From the NCBI GenBank assembly GCA_041671325.1, contig JBAZBR010000001.1, positions 221,332 through 285,331 on the forward strand: a DNA stretch of 64,000 nt, given 5' to 3'. Positions within the stretch are counted from its first letter, which is position 1, and each line of letters starts with the position of its first letter. The translations under genes were made by a program, and so were the position numbers. This DNA comes from Patescibacteria group bacterium. GTDB taxonomy: Bacteria > Patescibacteriota > Patescibacteriia > PEXW01. The notes beneath the pieces were generated by a model. The model saw only the letters and a list, made by a program, of their open reading frames with translations. It made no database searches and had not been told where the DNA came from. Shown here piece after piece: positions 1 to 10,192 of the stretch.

Positions 1-4
1 CCTT

Positions 5-1777
5 TTGGATTCTTGGCACCTGTATTTATGTTACGTTCGTGATCTTGCAGTCGATCGATTTCTGGAAATACGACAAATGGAAGAAATCGCGGGGGATCAG
101 CGTATGATACCGTTTGCTTACATCGTAAGAATGCTGTTTACGTTAGTCATTTTCGTCTTTACCGTCATCCTCGTTCGCTTCTTTCAGCTCGTGAATCGGT
201 CTCCATGGCTAATGTATCCTGTCTGTTGTATCTTCGTGATTGCCTGCGTCATCTATTATTATTATCGCATTGAGGCAAATTTCAATTACATATCGACGAG
301 GGTTGGCTTTGGCGCGAAGAGACCTTTATCACTATTCCTGCGCTCGTGCGATTTTCTGATCTACGCGTTCCTTAAGCTTGATTGGACGGGGCTAGCCTTT
401 TTCTTCACGGCAACTGTGCTTCCATCCCTTATCGTAGTCATTCAAAAACTGCCAAGGGTGGCTGCAGAAGCTCCAGGTACAATACACGGAAATATTTCCG
501 CAATCGTTTTTGGCATATTGCTTGGGTACCTCGTTCGAAAGACCTTTATCTTAAGCATCACAAAGCAGTACTTACGAGTCGCGACTCGTATGGATTGGTT
601 GCGTTTTTCATTCATCGTGGTTGCTGCCGCTGCTACGTTTACGTATTCCGTGTATACCCACCTTTTAGCTGAATTCGTATTCGGAGTTTCTCTAGGCATC
701 TCGTTCGATCTCTTGTGGTGGCTGAGACAGCGGGCAGCTACGTACCGCATGCGACGGGGGTTACTGGCATTCACCTACATCAAGGGGGCTCATTTCATGC
801 GAGAGGATTTTATATCGAACCTCCTTTTGGGTAGGTCAAGGGAACTACCGCGGATAATCGATAAAGAACGTCGGTCTTTTGGGATGACACGCAATTACTA
901 TTTAATGCGTTGCTGCCAATTGTTTTACAATCGCCGATTCGAGCAACTGCATAAATTCTACAACAATTATCTTCCGAAAGAGTTCAGGACTGATCTTTGG
1001 TTCAAACACATCATTGGAGGCACGTATTTCTCTATCGGTGACTACAAAGGCGGCATCACCGTACTTACGAAATTGATCGAGGAGTTACAACCAGATTCGA
1101 CTGAAGACCAGAAGCTCCGGCCCCACGTTTTGGTCACTTTGGCTTCCTTCTATGATCAGCAGTATTGCGCGACGCTGTCTAATGATAGCCTGGAGCGTGC
1201 GGTCGATTTATGTTGGCAAGCGGTGAAATTGGATCCGACTTGTTCTTTCGCAGCAATATCGCTGGCCTACTACATTGCCAAATCAGTACCCACATTTGAA
1301 TTTGGCGAGAACGCCGAAAGGTTACAGCAGTGCCACGACAGTCTCAAGCAGGCACTCTTTCATTTTTCAAGATCAGACAACTTTCCGTGGCAGGATGCTT
1401 CGAAAACGTATGTAGAGTACTCAACCATCTTTTACATATTGGTAAGGGGTTATATCTACATGAAAATGGGGGTGTTGAAGTTTGCTAGGGACGATTTTTC
1501 CAACTGTCTGCTGATAGATCCTCTATACGCTCGGGGGCATTTGCATATGGCCGAGCTGTTTGAACGTTTGGTTCCGGGAGGCGGTAACGCGGAAGATAGT
1601 GCTTTCGAGTATCTCAAGGTAATGCATGTTATCCCCGGGATAAATCTATCTTCGCCTCTGTTCCAAATGGCTCGCACTTTGTTAAAACAGACAGTTGTGC
1701 GTATCGGCGATAACCTAGTATATAAGGACCCGCGTGTATGTGGTCAAACAATCCGGACACAACCTACCTCTAATTAG
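5..1777 (+). CDS. Hypothetical membrane-anchored protein with TPR-like helical C-terminal region. It is GC-rich and may be 5'-partial, since the ORF begins with TTG at the window edge.
   Basis: Long ORF on the six-frame track. The N-terminus has hydrophobic helices; the C-terminal half is helical and repeat-like. GC content is clearly above the window average. Confidence 0.4.
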   Translation: MDSWHLYLCYVRDLAVDRFLEIRQMEEIAGDQRMIPFAYIVRMLFTLVIFVFTVILVRFFQLVNRSPWLMYPVCCIFVIACVIYYYYRIEANFNYISTRVGFGAKRPLSLFLRSCDFLIYAFLKLDWTGLAFFFTATVLPSLIVVIQKLPRVAAEAPGTIHGNISAIVFGILLGYLVRKTFILSITKQYLRVATRMDWLRFSFIVVAAAATFTYSVYTHLLAEFVFGVSLGISFDLLWWLRQRAATYRMRRGLLAFTYIKGAHFMREDFISNLLLGRSRELPRIIDKERRSFGMTRNYYLMRCCQLFYNRRFEQLHKFYNNYLPKEFRTDLWFKHIIGGTYFSIGDYKGGITVLTKLIEELQPDSTEDQKLRPHVLVTLASFYDQQYCATLSNDSLERAVDLCWQAVKLDPTCSFAAISLAYYIAKSVPTFEFGENAERLQQCHDSLKQALFHFSRSDNFPWQDASKTYVEYSTIFYILVRGYIYMKMGVLKFARDDFSNCLLIDPLYARGHLHMAELFERLVPGGGNAEDSAFEYLKVMHVIPGINLSSPLFQMARTLLKQTVVRIGDNLVYKDPRVCGQTIRTQPTSN

Positions 1778-2219
1778 GACATGGTTTGCCTGGTGGCAAT
1801 GGCCTTTCGATACTCGTTCTTCCTTCGGTTAAGAATCTCTTAAAAATCTTTCGTTTAATCTCCACCTGTTGCTCCAGGATCTCAGCTGCCGGACCGAGGT
1901 ATGCATCTGCTGGAATCACATTGGCGAGTGACTTGTGGTACCGCCGTTGATTGTAGTAATCCATGAATGTTGCGGTCCAAGCGGTCAGATACTGCGGAAT
2001 GTGCGACGTCCAACAATGAAAATAATCATGATCTGGCTCAAGCCAAGGTAGAATATTTGTATACAATATAATATAGACAAACAAAATAAAGATAGGCTTA
2101 TAACAAACCGCCACAGTTACTCTTACCCTAAGCATGTCAGGCAATACCGCCGACGACTCCTTATTCGGGTTTGGGAAATCGCATGGATAGTCAGCCGTAA
2201 GCCACACGCAGTCTTCCAT
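1770..2219 (-). pseudogene. C-terminal remnant of a DDE (rve-type) transposase of an IS481/IS3-like element. The catalytic N-terminal part is missing.
   Basis: The C-terminus reads ...FMDYYNQRRYHKSLANVIPADAY, matching the conserved rve tail motif YN..R.H.SL....PAE.Y. The N-terminal part of the ORF is unrelated, and no upstream transposase ORF exists. Confidence 0.5.
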
Positions 2220-2220
2220 T

Positions 2221-2397
2221 GGGAGAAGTGCCGGTGCAATCCGACGTTGGAAGATGCTCTTGCTATCGCAGCAGCCTTGGATTGCCCAGTGGAGGCGTTA
2301 TTCTTAGATCAATTTCGACAAATCCGCAAGGTGGTGTTGAAACGTAGGGCCAATCTTCAGGCCAAGCGTTACCCTGATTTTCGGTCCTGTTTAACAC
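2221..2397 (+). pseudogene. Truncated XRE-family HTH gene (C-terminal half only). It begins 1 bp after the transposase remnant.
   Basis: The frame translates to WEKCRCNPTLEDALAIAAALDCPVEALF, the second half of a Cro/C1 HTH. There is no start codon or N-terminal half. Confidence 0.4.
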
Positions 2398-2513
2398 ACT
2401 AAATGCCCTGCAATGCCAGGACTGTCATCCAGGTTATCCTCAGTTGAGGGACGAAAGGTTCCCGACTTCGGCAATTGATGGGTTTTTGAGGTCTGTTTAT
2501 ACTGCCTGGTGCT

Positions 2514-2759
2514 ATGGAAATACCAAGTCATCAACCTTTATATCTTTATCGACGACAACACCGCCTCAAGCGGGTCGCTTTGGCTAAATCGATCGGTTGT
2601 TCTACAAAATCTTTGTCCCGCTGGGAGCATGGGATAACCCGGCCCCGTATGTCCTGGGCAGTTCAGGCTAGCCGCGTGACGGGTTTATCGCTTGACCAGT
2701 TGTTTGGCGAGAAGCTATTACCTTCCGTATCTGCTAATTCTGTTTCTGTGCCCGGCTGA
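2514..2759 (+). CDS. XRE-family (Cro/C1-type) helix-turn-helix transcriptional regulator
   Basis: 81-aa ORF with LKRVALAKSIGCSTKSLSRWEHGITRP...LSLDQLF, a canonical HTH_XRE pattern. Confidence 0.55.
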   Translation: MEIPSHQPLYLYRRQHRLKRVALAKSIGCSTKSLSRWEHGITRPRMSWAVQASRVTGLSLDQLFGEKLLPSVSANSVSVPG

Positions 2760-3144
2760 GAATTCGGTGTTGCTGTTTTCGAAAAGAAGAATATTTTTTG
2801 ACCTCCAAAAGGATCTGTTTGAAGATGGGCGCAGAACGGTTTTCAAGGTAGAAGGTTCGAACGTCCTTGATTAGGGCGAGCCACGGGTCATCACGAACTC
2901 CACCCTCCGCACGCTCGCTTTCGCGAGTTTGCTTCGGATTCCGTTCGTGTGCCCCTTTCCCCAAATTTTCATTCTGAAAATTTAGGGGCCCCAAAAGCGT
3001 GCCGCTTTACTTATTCTGCTAAAAAATAGTATGGAATCCTAACTAAAGATCAACTTTTTTATTTTTAAAAATAAGGTATAATTATTATAAAGGTGGGGTC
3101 TCCACCAATAAGATAAAAATTTATCATTAAAAATATCCAAACAT

Positions 3145-5469
3145 ATGGGTAATTTGAGTAAAAGCCTTATTAGAATAATAGGGATTTTTTCAGGTATTTT
3201 AATTATTTTTGGCACCTCGGTCACCCCGATGGCTAGCGCCAAAAAGGTTTCAATGGCCTTGGCAGACAGCCAACAATCGGCCGTGTCCACCGACCTTGGC
3301 ATCTATGGCGGGGATAATTGGGATATTGCGGTTGACGGCGACCACGTCTATACCATTGCCAACGGAGTGCCTAACGGTTTCTTCTATTCGACTGACGCGG
3401 CTGCTACCTGGCAACGCCCTACCGGAACATATGATTTTGGTTCCGGCACCGCGGTTGAAGTGGATCCGACAACCCACGCAGTTTACATAGCACTCGATGG
3501 GCTATTTAAAAGTTCCGATTACGGCGTGACTTTGACGAAAATTGCAGACAGTGTCGGCAATCCATTACTCTTCGCCCAAGGAAGACTATTTGCAACACAT
3601 AATGATACCATCTACGTCAGTAGCGATAATGGAGCAACCTTTGCGACCGTAGCGATATCCGGTGAAAATATCATGAGCTATGCTGCATCAAAAACAGCCG
3701 GTACATTCTACGCCGTAACCCGAAACTCCACAACAAGTGCGGCGCATCTGTATACCAGTACTGATTACGGCGTAACCTGGACAGCTATTACTGTCGACGC
3801 CAGCGTGACTTCGTATACCGATGTTAACGCTGATCCATATGATGCAAGCATCCTGACCTTAAGCGGCGATAATGCCTTGTGGTTATCACTTAATGCCGGT
3901 ACATCCTGGACAAAGATAGGAGTAACACCCGCCCGTTCCTGCGGTAACTTCTCGGTCTGGACCTCCACCCGCTGGTACGCCTGTGCTGGCTACTCCACAG
4001 ACAACGGAACTACTTGGACTAATATGGACACACATACGTATGTCATGCGCGGTCCAGGCAAGATTATTGCCATCAATACCGCTGATGAGGATATCATTTA
4101 CGGCGACTGCATGAGTGGCATTTGTAAGAGTACTGATGGCGGTCTAACCTGGCATAATAGCCTGAAAGGCATTACCGGCGTTAACGTCTTGGCGATAAGT
4201 TATACTACTGACAAAACTACAGCTTGGGTCTCATCAAGCAATGGCTTGGCGAAAACCTCAAATTTCAATTCAACCACGCCGACCTGGACCTGGCCGATCT
4301 TGCCTTGTGACCCCAGCCCGAGTGCTCGTTGCGATTCGAGTGGCATTGGCGAATCAGTCTGGGTAAAACCGAATGATCCGACTATTGTCATGGCCGGATC
4401 AATTGGGGGCTGGGTATATCGGAGTACAGATTCTGGAACCACTTGGACAGCCCAAATCCCTACAGTAGTAAATCAAGCTAAGTTTAAAACCGATACTTGG
4501 AACAATTTGCGACCTAAGCATTTCTTGAGTGACCCAACTGACGCTAATATTCTTTATCTGGCGATGTACGACCCGATTGACAATAACGGCGCCGTTCTGA
4601 AAAGTACCGATGCTGGGATTACTTGGACGGATATGGGCATTGCCGATGACGCACCGGCTACGGTTCTGTCTATGACGAAAACCGGAGTGCTTTATGCCGG
4701 GACTGGTTATGGCAAATCAACAACGACTACTAAGGGTATTTATAAGTTCGACGGGGCGAGCTGGACCAAGCTGGTTGGAATCGAAACTAGCCTGAATATC
4801 ATTAGCATTCTTGTCGATCCGGAGGTTGAGACCACAGTCTACGCCACAGCCGCAAATGATTTAGCCCCGTTACAATTGGATGGGTTCTACAAGTCTATTG
4901 ATAGCGGTGCAACCTGGACAAAGATCGTCCCGACTGGCTATACGGACTTTGGTGCTATTACCGTGCAAAAGAACACTTCACCGAACACCCTTTACATGTC
5001 GGCTAGTGATAGCGCTAACCATGGCATCTTGCTCAAATCAAGTGATCAAGGCGCCACTTGGGGCGTGCTTTATCAAGGTTTAAAATCAGAGTCTTATGGC
5101 GCGGTTGTGTTTGATGGTTTAGTTGTCGGCTCAAAACACGGTTTGTTTGGGCTTAAATCAAAAGGCACATTCCTATCCTTAAATGGCGCAAAAGTTAAAG
5201 CTAAAGTTCCGGTGAAGCTCTCTGCTACCTTGAAGGATAAAGCCACTAAAAAAATCTTAAGCGGAAAATTAGTCAAACTTTACTACAAGGAGGGCAATAA
5301 ATGGAAACTTAAGGCAACCGCAGTTTCGAATAAAAAAGGTAAAGTAACTTTCACGGTTAAGACTCATATCACCAGGCAATACCATATGGCTTGGGCTCCT
5401 GGGAAAATCGATAAGAATGAGTATGCTGGCACGGATTCAAGCAATGTGACGATAACCATAAAAAAATAG
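3145..5469 (+). CDS. Secreted BNR/Asp-box repeat protein (sialidase/sortilin-like beta-propeller) with a C-terminal Ig-like domain
   Basis: N-terminal signal/TM segment. At least 10 S-x-D-x-G-x-T-W motifs, e.g. STDYGVTWT, STDNGTTWT, STDGGLTWH, STDSGTTWT, STDAGITWT, SIDSGATWT. Lys-rich Ig-like tail. Confidence 0.8.
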   Translation: MGNLSKSLIRIIGIFSGILIIFGTSVTPMASAKKVSMALADSQQSAVSTDLGIYGGDNWDIAVDGDHVYTIANGVPNGFFYSTDAAATWQRPTGTYDFGSGTAVEVDPTTHAVYIALDGLFKSSDYGVTLTKIADSVGNPLLFAQGRLFATHNDTIYVSSDNGATFATVAISGENIMSYAASKTAGTFYAVTRNSTTSAAHLYTSTDYGVTWTAITVDASVTSYTDVNADPYDASILTLSGDNALWLSLNAGTSWTKIGVTPARSCGNFSVWTSTRWYACAGYSTDNGTTWTNMDTHTYVMRGPGKIIAINTADEDIIYGDCMSGICKSTDGGLTWHNSLKGITGVNVLAISYTTDKTTAWVSSSNGLAKTSNFNSTTPTWTWPILPCDPSPSARCDSSGIGESVWVKPNDPTIVMAGSIGGWVYRSTDSGTTWTAQIPTVVNQAKFKTDTWNNLRPKHFLSDPTDANILYLAMYDPIDNNGAVLKSTDAGITWTDMGIADDAPATVLSMTKTGVLYAGTGYGKSTTTTKGIYKFDGASWTKLVGIETSLNIISILVDPEVETTVYATAANDLAPLQLDGFYKSIDSGATWTKIVPTGYTDFGAITVQKNTSPNTLYMSASDSANHGILLKSSDQGATWGVLYQGLKSESYGAVVFDGLVVGSKHGLFGLKSKGTFLSLNGAKVKAKVPVKLSATLKDKATKKILSGKLVKLYYKEGNKWKLKATAVSNKKGKVTFTVKTHITRQYHMAWAPGKIDKNEYAGTDSSNVTITIKK

Positions 5470-5552
5470 TTAACAATTCAATAATGATTAAAGCTCCCGC
5501 CAAAGGCGGGAGCTTTTGGTATGGCAATAAAGTTTTCTGCTATAATTATTCC

Positions 5553-6182
5553 ATGCATGAATTATTGGCAAAAGAACTAATTGCTAAAGGCGTGTTGTAT
5601 TCAGATAACATTATTAAGGCCTTTAACAAAGTCAGGCGTGTTGATTTTGTGCATGAAGATTTTCATTCCCAAGCTTATGATGACGCGCCTTTGCCTATTG
5701 GCAAGGGCCAAAGCATATCTCAACCCTCGACTGTGGCGCATATGCTGGAATTACTGGCGGTTGAACCTGGCAGCCGGATTTTGGAGGTTGGTTGTGGCTC
5801 AGGCTGGCTGACCGCGCTTTTAGCAGAGATCACTGGTCCAAGCGGTTTTGTTTATGCCATAGACATCATTCCAGAATTGACCGAATTGACTAAACACCAT
5901 TTGGTTTCATACCACTTTAATAATATTAAAACTAAAATCGGTAATGGCTGGCTTGGCATACCCGAACACGCACCTTTCAACCGGATAATTGTGTCAGCAG
6001 CAGCACCAAAAATTCCCGGAAAATTAATTGAGCAACTGACACATGGTGGGAGATTAGTAATGCCAGTAGGGGAAGATATCCAGGATTTAGTCTTATTGAA
6101 AAAATCAGAAAAAGGTGAAATTACTGAAGAGCATCATCCGGGTTATCAATTTGTCCCCCTAATTTCTTCAGATAAAAAATAA
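5553..6182 (+). CDS. pcm: Protein-L-isoaspartate O-methyltransferase
   Basis: Contains QSISQPSTVA, ILEVGCGSGWLTA and a C-terminal GGRLVMPVG, the canonical PCMT motifs. The track ORF starts at 5484, but the homologous region begins at the Met at 5553. Confidence 0.85.
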   Translation: MHELLAKELIAKGVLYSDNIIKAFNKVRRVDFVHEDFHSQAYDDAPLPIGKGQSISQPSTVAHMLELLAVEPGSRILEVGCGSGWLTALLAEITGPSGFVYAIDIIPELTELTKHHLVSYHFNNIKTKIGNGWLGIPEHAPFNRIIVSAAAPKIPGKLIEQLTHGGRLVMPVGEDIQDLVLLKKSEKGEITEEHHPGYQFVPLISSDKK

Positions 6183-6183
6183 T

Positions 6184-7257
6184 ATGAAAATAGTCATTTT
6201 AGCCGGTGGCGGCGGTACCAGGCTTTGGCCAATTTCCAGGAAAAATTCACCCAAGCAAAGCCAGGCGTTTATTGATAATAAAACCCTGCTTCAAAAAACT
6301 TTTGACCGGGTCAGGCGCGGTTTCAAGTTAACCGATATTTTTGTTTCAACCAACTATCAGCAGTTACCATTATTGCAAAAACAGATACCTAAATTACCGC
6401 GTTTAAACTTCATTGCCGAAAGCGCTAAACGGGATACAGCCGGTGCCATTGGTTTAGCAGTGGCTTATATTGATAAGTTATACCCCCGCGAAACCATGAT
6501 GACCGTGGGTTCTGACCATTTTATTAAGGATGAAAAATCCTTTATAGAATTAGTTAAGTTGGCTGAAAAAATAATTAAGGAAAATCATAAGCAAACCGCC
6601 CTGATTGCCGTGCGTCCGACTTATCCAGAAACCGGCTATGGCTACATCAAGGTCAATAAGATATTCAAGCAATACGGCAATAATGAGGTTTTTTACGGGG
6701 AAAAATTCATTGAAAAGCCCAATCTCGCCAAAGCCAAGCAATACTTAAGAAGCTGGGACTACCTTTGGAATACCAATATGTTTTGCTGGCGCAGCGATTA
6801 TTTATTAGATTTATTCAAACTTTATCTGCCAAAACATTACAAAATTTTGAAACGTATTCAACCAGCATTGGGAACGCCAAAGGCTAGGCCAACAATTTTA
6901 AGGGAATTTAGCAAACTGCCCTCCATTTCCATTGATTATGGGATTATGGAAAAAACAAAAAAGATCGTGGTTATCCCGGCAAGTTTTGGTTGGGCGGATA
7001 TTGGGCATTGGCGCACGGTCAGGGACGTTTTACAAAAGAAACCTGGCATGAATGTGATTCGGGGTAAGCATATTGGTTCAGCCGAAAATTCTTTAATCTA
7101 TAGCTATACTAAAAGGGTCATCACCACAGCAGGCGTAAAAAACTTGATTATTGTGGATACTGAAGATGCGTTGTTAGTTTGTCCTGCGGATGCCGCCCAA
7201 GAAGTGAAAAAAATCGTGGAAGAATTGAAAAATAGAAATTTAAAGTCCTTAATTTGA
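6184..7257 (+). CDS. Mannose-1-phosphate guanylyltransferase-like sugar nucleotidyltransferase
   Basis: N-terminal IVILAGGGGTRLWPISR...PKQ nucleotidyltransferase signature and a ManC-like length. Confidence 0.65.
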   Translation: MKIVILAGGGGTRLWPISRKNSPKQSQAFIDNKTLLQKTFDRVRRGFKLTDIFVSTNYQQLPLLQKQIPKLPRLNFIAESAKRDTAGAIGLAVAYIDKLYPRETMMTVGSDHFIKDEKSFIELVKLAEKIIKENHKQTALIAVRPTYPETGYGYIKVNKIFKQYGNNEVFYGEKFIEKPNLAKAKQYLRSWDYLWNTNMFCWRSDYLLDLFKLYLPKHYKILKRIQPALGTPKARPTILREFSKLPSISIDYGIMEKTKKIVVIPASFGWADIGHWRTVRDVLQKKPGMNVIRGKHIGSAENSLIYSYTKRVITTAGVKNLIIVDTEDALLVCPADAAQEVKKIVEELKNRNLKSLI

Positions 7258-8276
7258 TGAAAAAAATCCTCCTAAGCTTAGCTGGCGCGGTTTTAATTGT
7301 TTTAGTCGTCTTCATAATTTGGTTTTTAAATAGTTCCAACGTCCAAAGCAGTTTTGCGGAAAATAAAGATTTCGAAGTAATTACCGGCCAGGGTGTTAAT
7401 CAAATAGCGGATAATTTAAAAAACCAAGTCTTTATTAACAGTACCTTAGCTTTTAAAATTGAAGTAGTTTTAGAGGGCGTAAAGAGTGATTTTAAGGCGG
7501 GGACGTTTTCAATTCCCGCTCGTTCGAGTATTAGCCAGATAATTGAAATTTTAACCAGCACTCCAAAATCAGATGAGGTAGAAATCAGGATTCCGGAAGA
7601 TGCTACAGCAAAAGAGATTTCAATAATTTTAGAGCAAAAAGGCGTTATGAGTTCTGCAGAATTCATTAGCATTGCCAGCACCACGGATTCAAGGAATGTT
7701 GCTCCGGACAATGCCTACCCCTTTTTGGGCGATAAACCCCAATCCGCAACCATGGAGGGTTTTCTTTTCCCAGATACCTACCGTTTTTTCAAAAAAGCTA
7801 CGCCCGCCCACGTCTTGAAAAAGTTTTTGGATAATTTTGGACTGAAAGTTCCCCAGGAAATTTTGAATAAAATAAACGCTGACGGCCATACAATTTATCA
7901 AGGCATTATTTTGGCAAGCATTGTCGATAAGGAAGTCAGGACAGATACGGATAGGAAAATTGCCGCAGGGATATTCTGGAACAGGCTGAAGTTAGGCATG
8001 GCTATGCAATCTGATGCCACGGTTAACTATGTTACTGGCAAGCAGGCCTTACAGCCGACAAATGAGGATATTTCTATTGAATCGCTTTATAATACTTATA
8101 AACAACAGGGCTTACCTCCGGGTCCCATTGGCAACCCCAGTCTTTCAGCTATTCGGGCAGTAGCTTATCCGCAAGAGTCTGACTATTTATATTTCCTGAC
8201 CAAGCCAGATGGGACTACAGTTTTTAGCAAAACTTATGAAGAGCACTTGGCTAACAAAAGGAAATATCTGCAATGA
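7254..8276 (+). CDS. mltG: Endolytic murein transglycosylase MltG (YceG family)
   Basis: N-terminal TM anchor. YceG motifs EGFLFPDTY, ASIVDKE, NRL.LGM.MQSDATV.Y, YNTY...GLPPGPIGNP and YLYF. Confidence 0.85.
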   Translation: MMKKILLSLAGAVLIVLVVFIIWFLNSSNVQSSFAENKDFEVITGQGVNQIADNLKNQVFINSTLAFKIEVVLEGVKSDFKAGTFSIPARSSISQIIEILTSTPKSDEVEIRIPEDATAKEISIILEQKGVMSSAEFISIASTTDSRNVAPDNAYPFLGDKPQSATMEGFLFPDTYRFFKKATPAHVLKKFLDNFGLKVPQEILNKINADGHTIYQGIILASIVDKEVRTDTDRKIAAGIFWNRLKLGMAMQSDATVNYVTGKQALQPTNEDISIESLYNTYKQQGLPPGPIGNPSLSAIRAVAYPQESDYLYFLTKPDGTTVFSKTYEEHLANKRKYLQ

Positions 8277-8965
8277 GTAATATTAAAGCCCCCATTGTCA
8301 TTTCAGTTGGTGGCTCTTTGGTTATTCCGGGGGAAATCGATATTGATTTTCTTAACAAATTCCGGAATTTAGTTTTAGATGAATTAAAAAAAGGCCGGAA
8401 ATTCATTTTAGTGGTTGGGGGCGGGAAAATCGCCAGAGTTTACCAGCAAGCCGCTAAAAAAGTGATACCCGTAAATAATCAAGACCTGGATTGGATTGGC
8501 ATTCATTCAACCCGGCTTAATGCCCAGTTATTAAGGATTATTTTCCAAAAACAGGCATTTCCAAAAATTATTACTAATAAGCAAAAAATCAATCCCAAAA
8601 TAAAGTCCCCAATTATTATTGCTTCAGGTTTTCGGCCTGGCAATTCAACGGATTATATCGCAGTCTTGCTGGCCAAAGCTTATAAGGCTAAAACCATCAT
8701 AAACCTTTCTAATATTGATTGGGTATATACAAAAGATCCGAGGAAATTCAAAAATGCCAAAATTATTAAGCAAATTAGCTGGCCTGCTTTCCTAAAAATT
8801 ATCGGAACCAAGTGGGAGCCTGGGGAAAACGTGCCTTTTGATCCAATTGCCAGCAAATTCGCCCATAAATGGGGGATGAAGGTGGTAATTTGTAATGGTA
8901 AGGATTTTAGTAATTTACGGCTGCTTTTTAAGGGACAGGAGCATAAAGGTACGGTAATTCAATAA
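8273..8965 (+). CDS. pyrH: Uridylate kinase, archaeal-type (amino-acid kinase family)
   Basis: VGGSLVIPGEIDIDFL, LVVGGGKIARVY and GNSTDYIAVLLA align with archaeal UMP kinases. Length ~230 aa. Confidence 0.65.
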   Translation: MSNIKAPIVISVGGSLVIPGEIDIDFLNKFRNLVLDELKKGRKFILVVGGGKIARVYQQAAKKVIPVNNQDLDWIGIHSTRLNAQLLRIIFQKQAFPKIITNKQKINPKIKSPIIIASGFRPGNSTDYIAVLLAKAYKAKTIINLSNIDWVYTKDPRKFKNAKIIKQISWPAFLKIIGTKWEPGENVPFDPIASKFAHKWGMKVVICNGKDFSNLRLLFKGQEHKGTVIQ

Positions 8966-9027
8966 GGAATAGATATACAAAAAACCCTTCTATGCAAAGA
9001 AGAGTTTTTTGAATGAACGGTTCAAGG

Positions 9028-9333
9028 TCAATCGATAGGTATTTCGGTGACATTCAGGAGGGCAACAACTTCCAAATTTGGTTCAAGTACATAATCATAC
9101 CCCCCCTGATTCACCAACTTGATCAAATAGCCGGGTGTGTGTGTTATTTCTGTGAATCCTTTAAAATCATGTATCACGCATTCCAGGATACCCTTTACCT
9201 GGCCAAAGTCTACCCGAATTCTTTGGCCAGTTTGGAATTTCCGCGTACTTCCCTGTGCTTCACACGCTTGAGCTTCTTTAGAAGTAGGGAATTCCGCATT
9301 GCAGATACTGCATCTAAAGAACGGTTTTGGCAC
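9028..9333 (-). CDS. Hypothetical small protein with a CxxC-containing N-terminus
   Basis: 101-aa ORF with protein-like composition. It is preferred over the overlapping + strand ORF 9013-9444, whose translation is low-complexity. Confidence 0.35.
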   Translation of the reverse strand: MPKPFFRCSICNAEFPTSKEAQACEAQGSTRKFQTGQRIRVDFGQVKGILECVIHDFKGFTEITHTPGYLIKLVNQGGYDYVLEPNLEVVALLNVTEIPID

Positions 9334-9499
9334 CTTAGACTCCTTGGAAAAGGTTATTGTTCAGATATATGTTTGGCTTTATTTCAAATAAAATTAGTCC
9401 AAAACAAATTATATGTCAAGGGGGGAACATTGGGGGTTTTATGAATTAGATATATTAATCGGGAACTTAATTTGACAGTTTTTCGGGAATAAGTTAGTC

Positions 9500-9632
9500 T
9501 ATTTTCAGGGTATCCACAGACCGTAGGTGGCTCACATAAAAAAGGGCGTAATACCTACGCAGGAAACCGCTGAGTTCCCAATATTGGGATAATTACGTCT
9601 GTGGAAACACAGCTTATTTTTTATATAAATAT
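9500..9632 (+). promoter_or_regulatory. Candidate ribosomal protein L10 (rplJ) autoregulatory leader structure
   Basis: Nested stems lie directly upstream of rplJ: CCACAGAC...GTCTGTGG long-range, CGTAGGT...ACCTACG, TCCCAA-tat-TGGGA. A TTGACA -35-like hexamer is at ~9472. Confidence 0.4.
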
Positions 9633-10157
9633 ATGGCAAAAACTAAAGCGGAAAAGCAAGAAACAATTAAAAAATTCAAGGACAATTTAGGCCAAATGAA
9701 AGTGGCAATCTTTGCGGCCATTGATGGCTTGACCGTAAAGGAAATTACAAAGTTACGGAAAGAAATGCGGGAAGCAAAAGTGAATTTTATTGGCTGTAAA
9801 AAAACCCTTTTTAATTTGGCTTTGAAAGAAAATGGTTTTGATACTGAACCACTAAAAGCTTTTCGGGGGAATGTAGGCATTGCCTTTGGCCTGGAAGATG
9901 AAGTCAAACCAGCCAGTATTTTGCAGGGCTTTGTGAAAGTAAATAAGAAATTGCAGTTTGTCGGAGGTTTATTGAACGGCAAATGGTTAAGCGCGGCAGA
10001 AGTGAAAGGCTTGGCTAACTTGCCAACCAAGGAAATCCTTTTGGCAAAATTGGTCGGTTCAATCAAAGCGCCAATCTCTGGTTTAGTAAATGTTTTGGCT
10101 GGTCCCATGCGTGGCTTAGTCCAAGTTTTGAAAGCCAAAGCTGAAAAAACTTCTTAA
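9633..10157 (+). CDS. rplJ: 50S ribosomal protein L10
   Basis: MAKTKAEKQETIKKFKDNL... with the conserved L10 N-terminus and length. Confidence 0.95.
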   Translation: MAKTKAEKQETIKKFKDNLGQMKVAIFAAIDGLTVKEITKLRKEMREAKVNFIGCKKTLFNLALKENGFDTEPLKAFRGNVGIAFGLEDEVKPASILQGFVKVNKKLQFVGGLLNGKWLSAAEVKGLANLPTKEILLAKLVGSIKAPISGLVNVLAGPMRGLVQVLKAKAEKTS

Positions 10158-10192
10158 TTTACTTATTAATTAATAATTAATCCTTTAAACAT

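Noticed and set aside
2734-3302. Minus-strand ORFs 2734-2994 and 3039-3302 near the BNR gene start
   Set aside because: They are short, with no motifs. The second overlaps the BNR gene start and AT-rich promoter region. They may be decayed remnants of the mobile region, but nothing supports a call.
9013-9444. 143-aa + strand ORF overlapping the 9028-9333 minus-strand ORF
   Set aside because: The translation is low-complexity and has odd composition (no charged-residue pattern, many F/L/C). The opposite-strand ORF looks more protein-like. Both remain unconfirmed.
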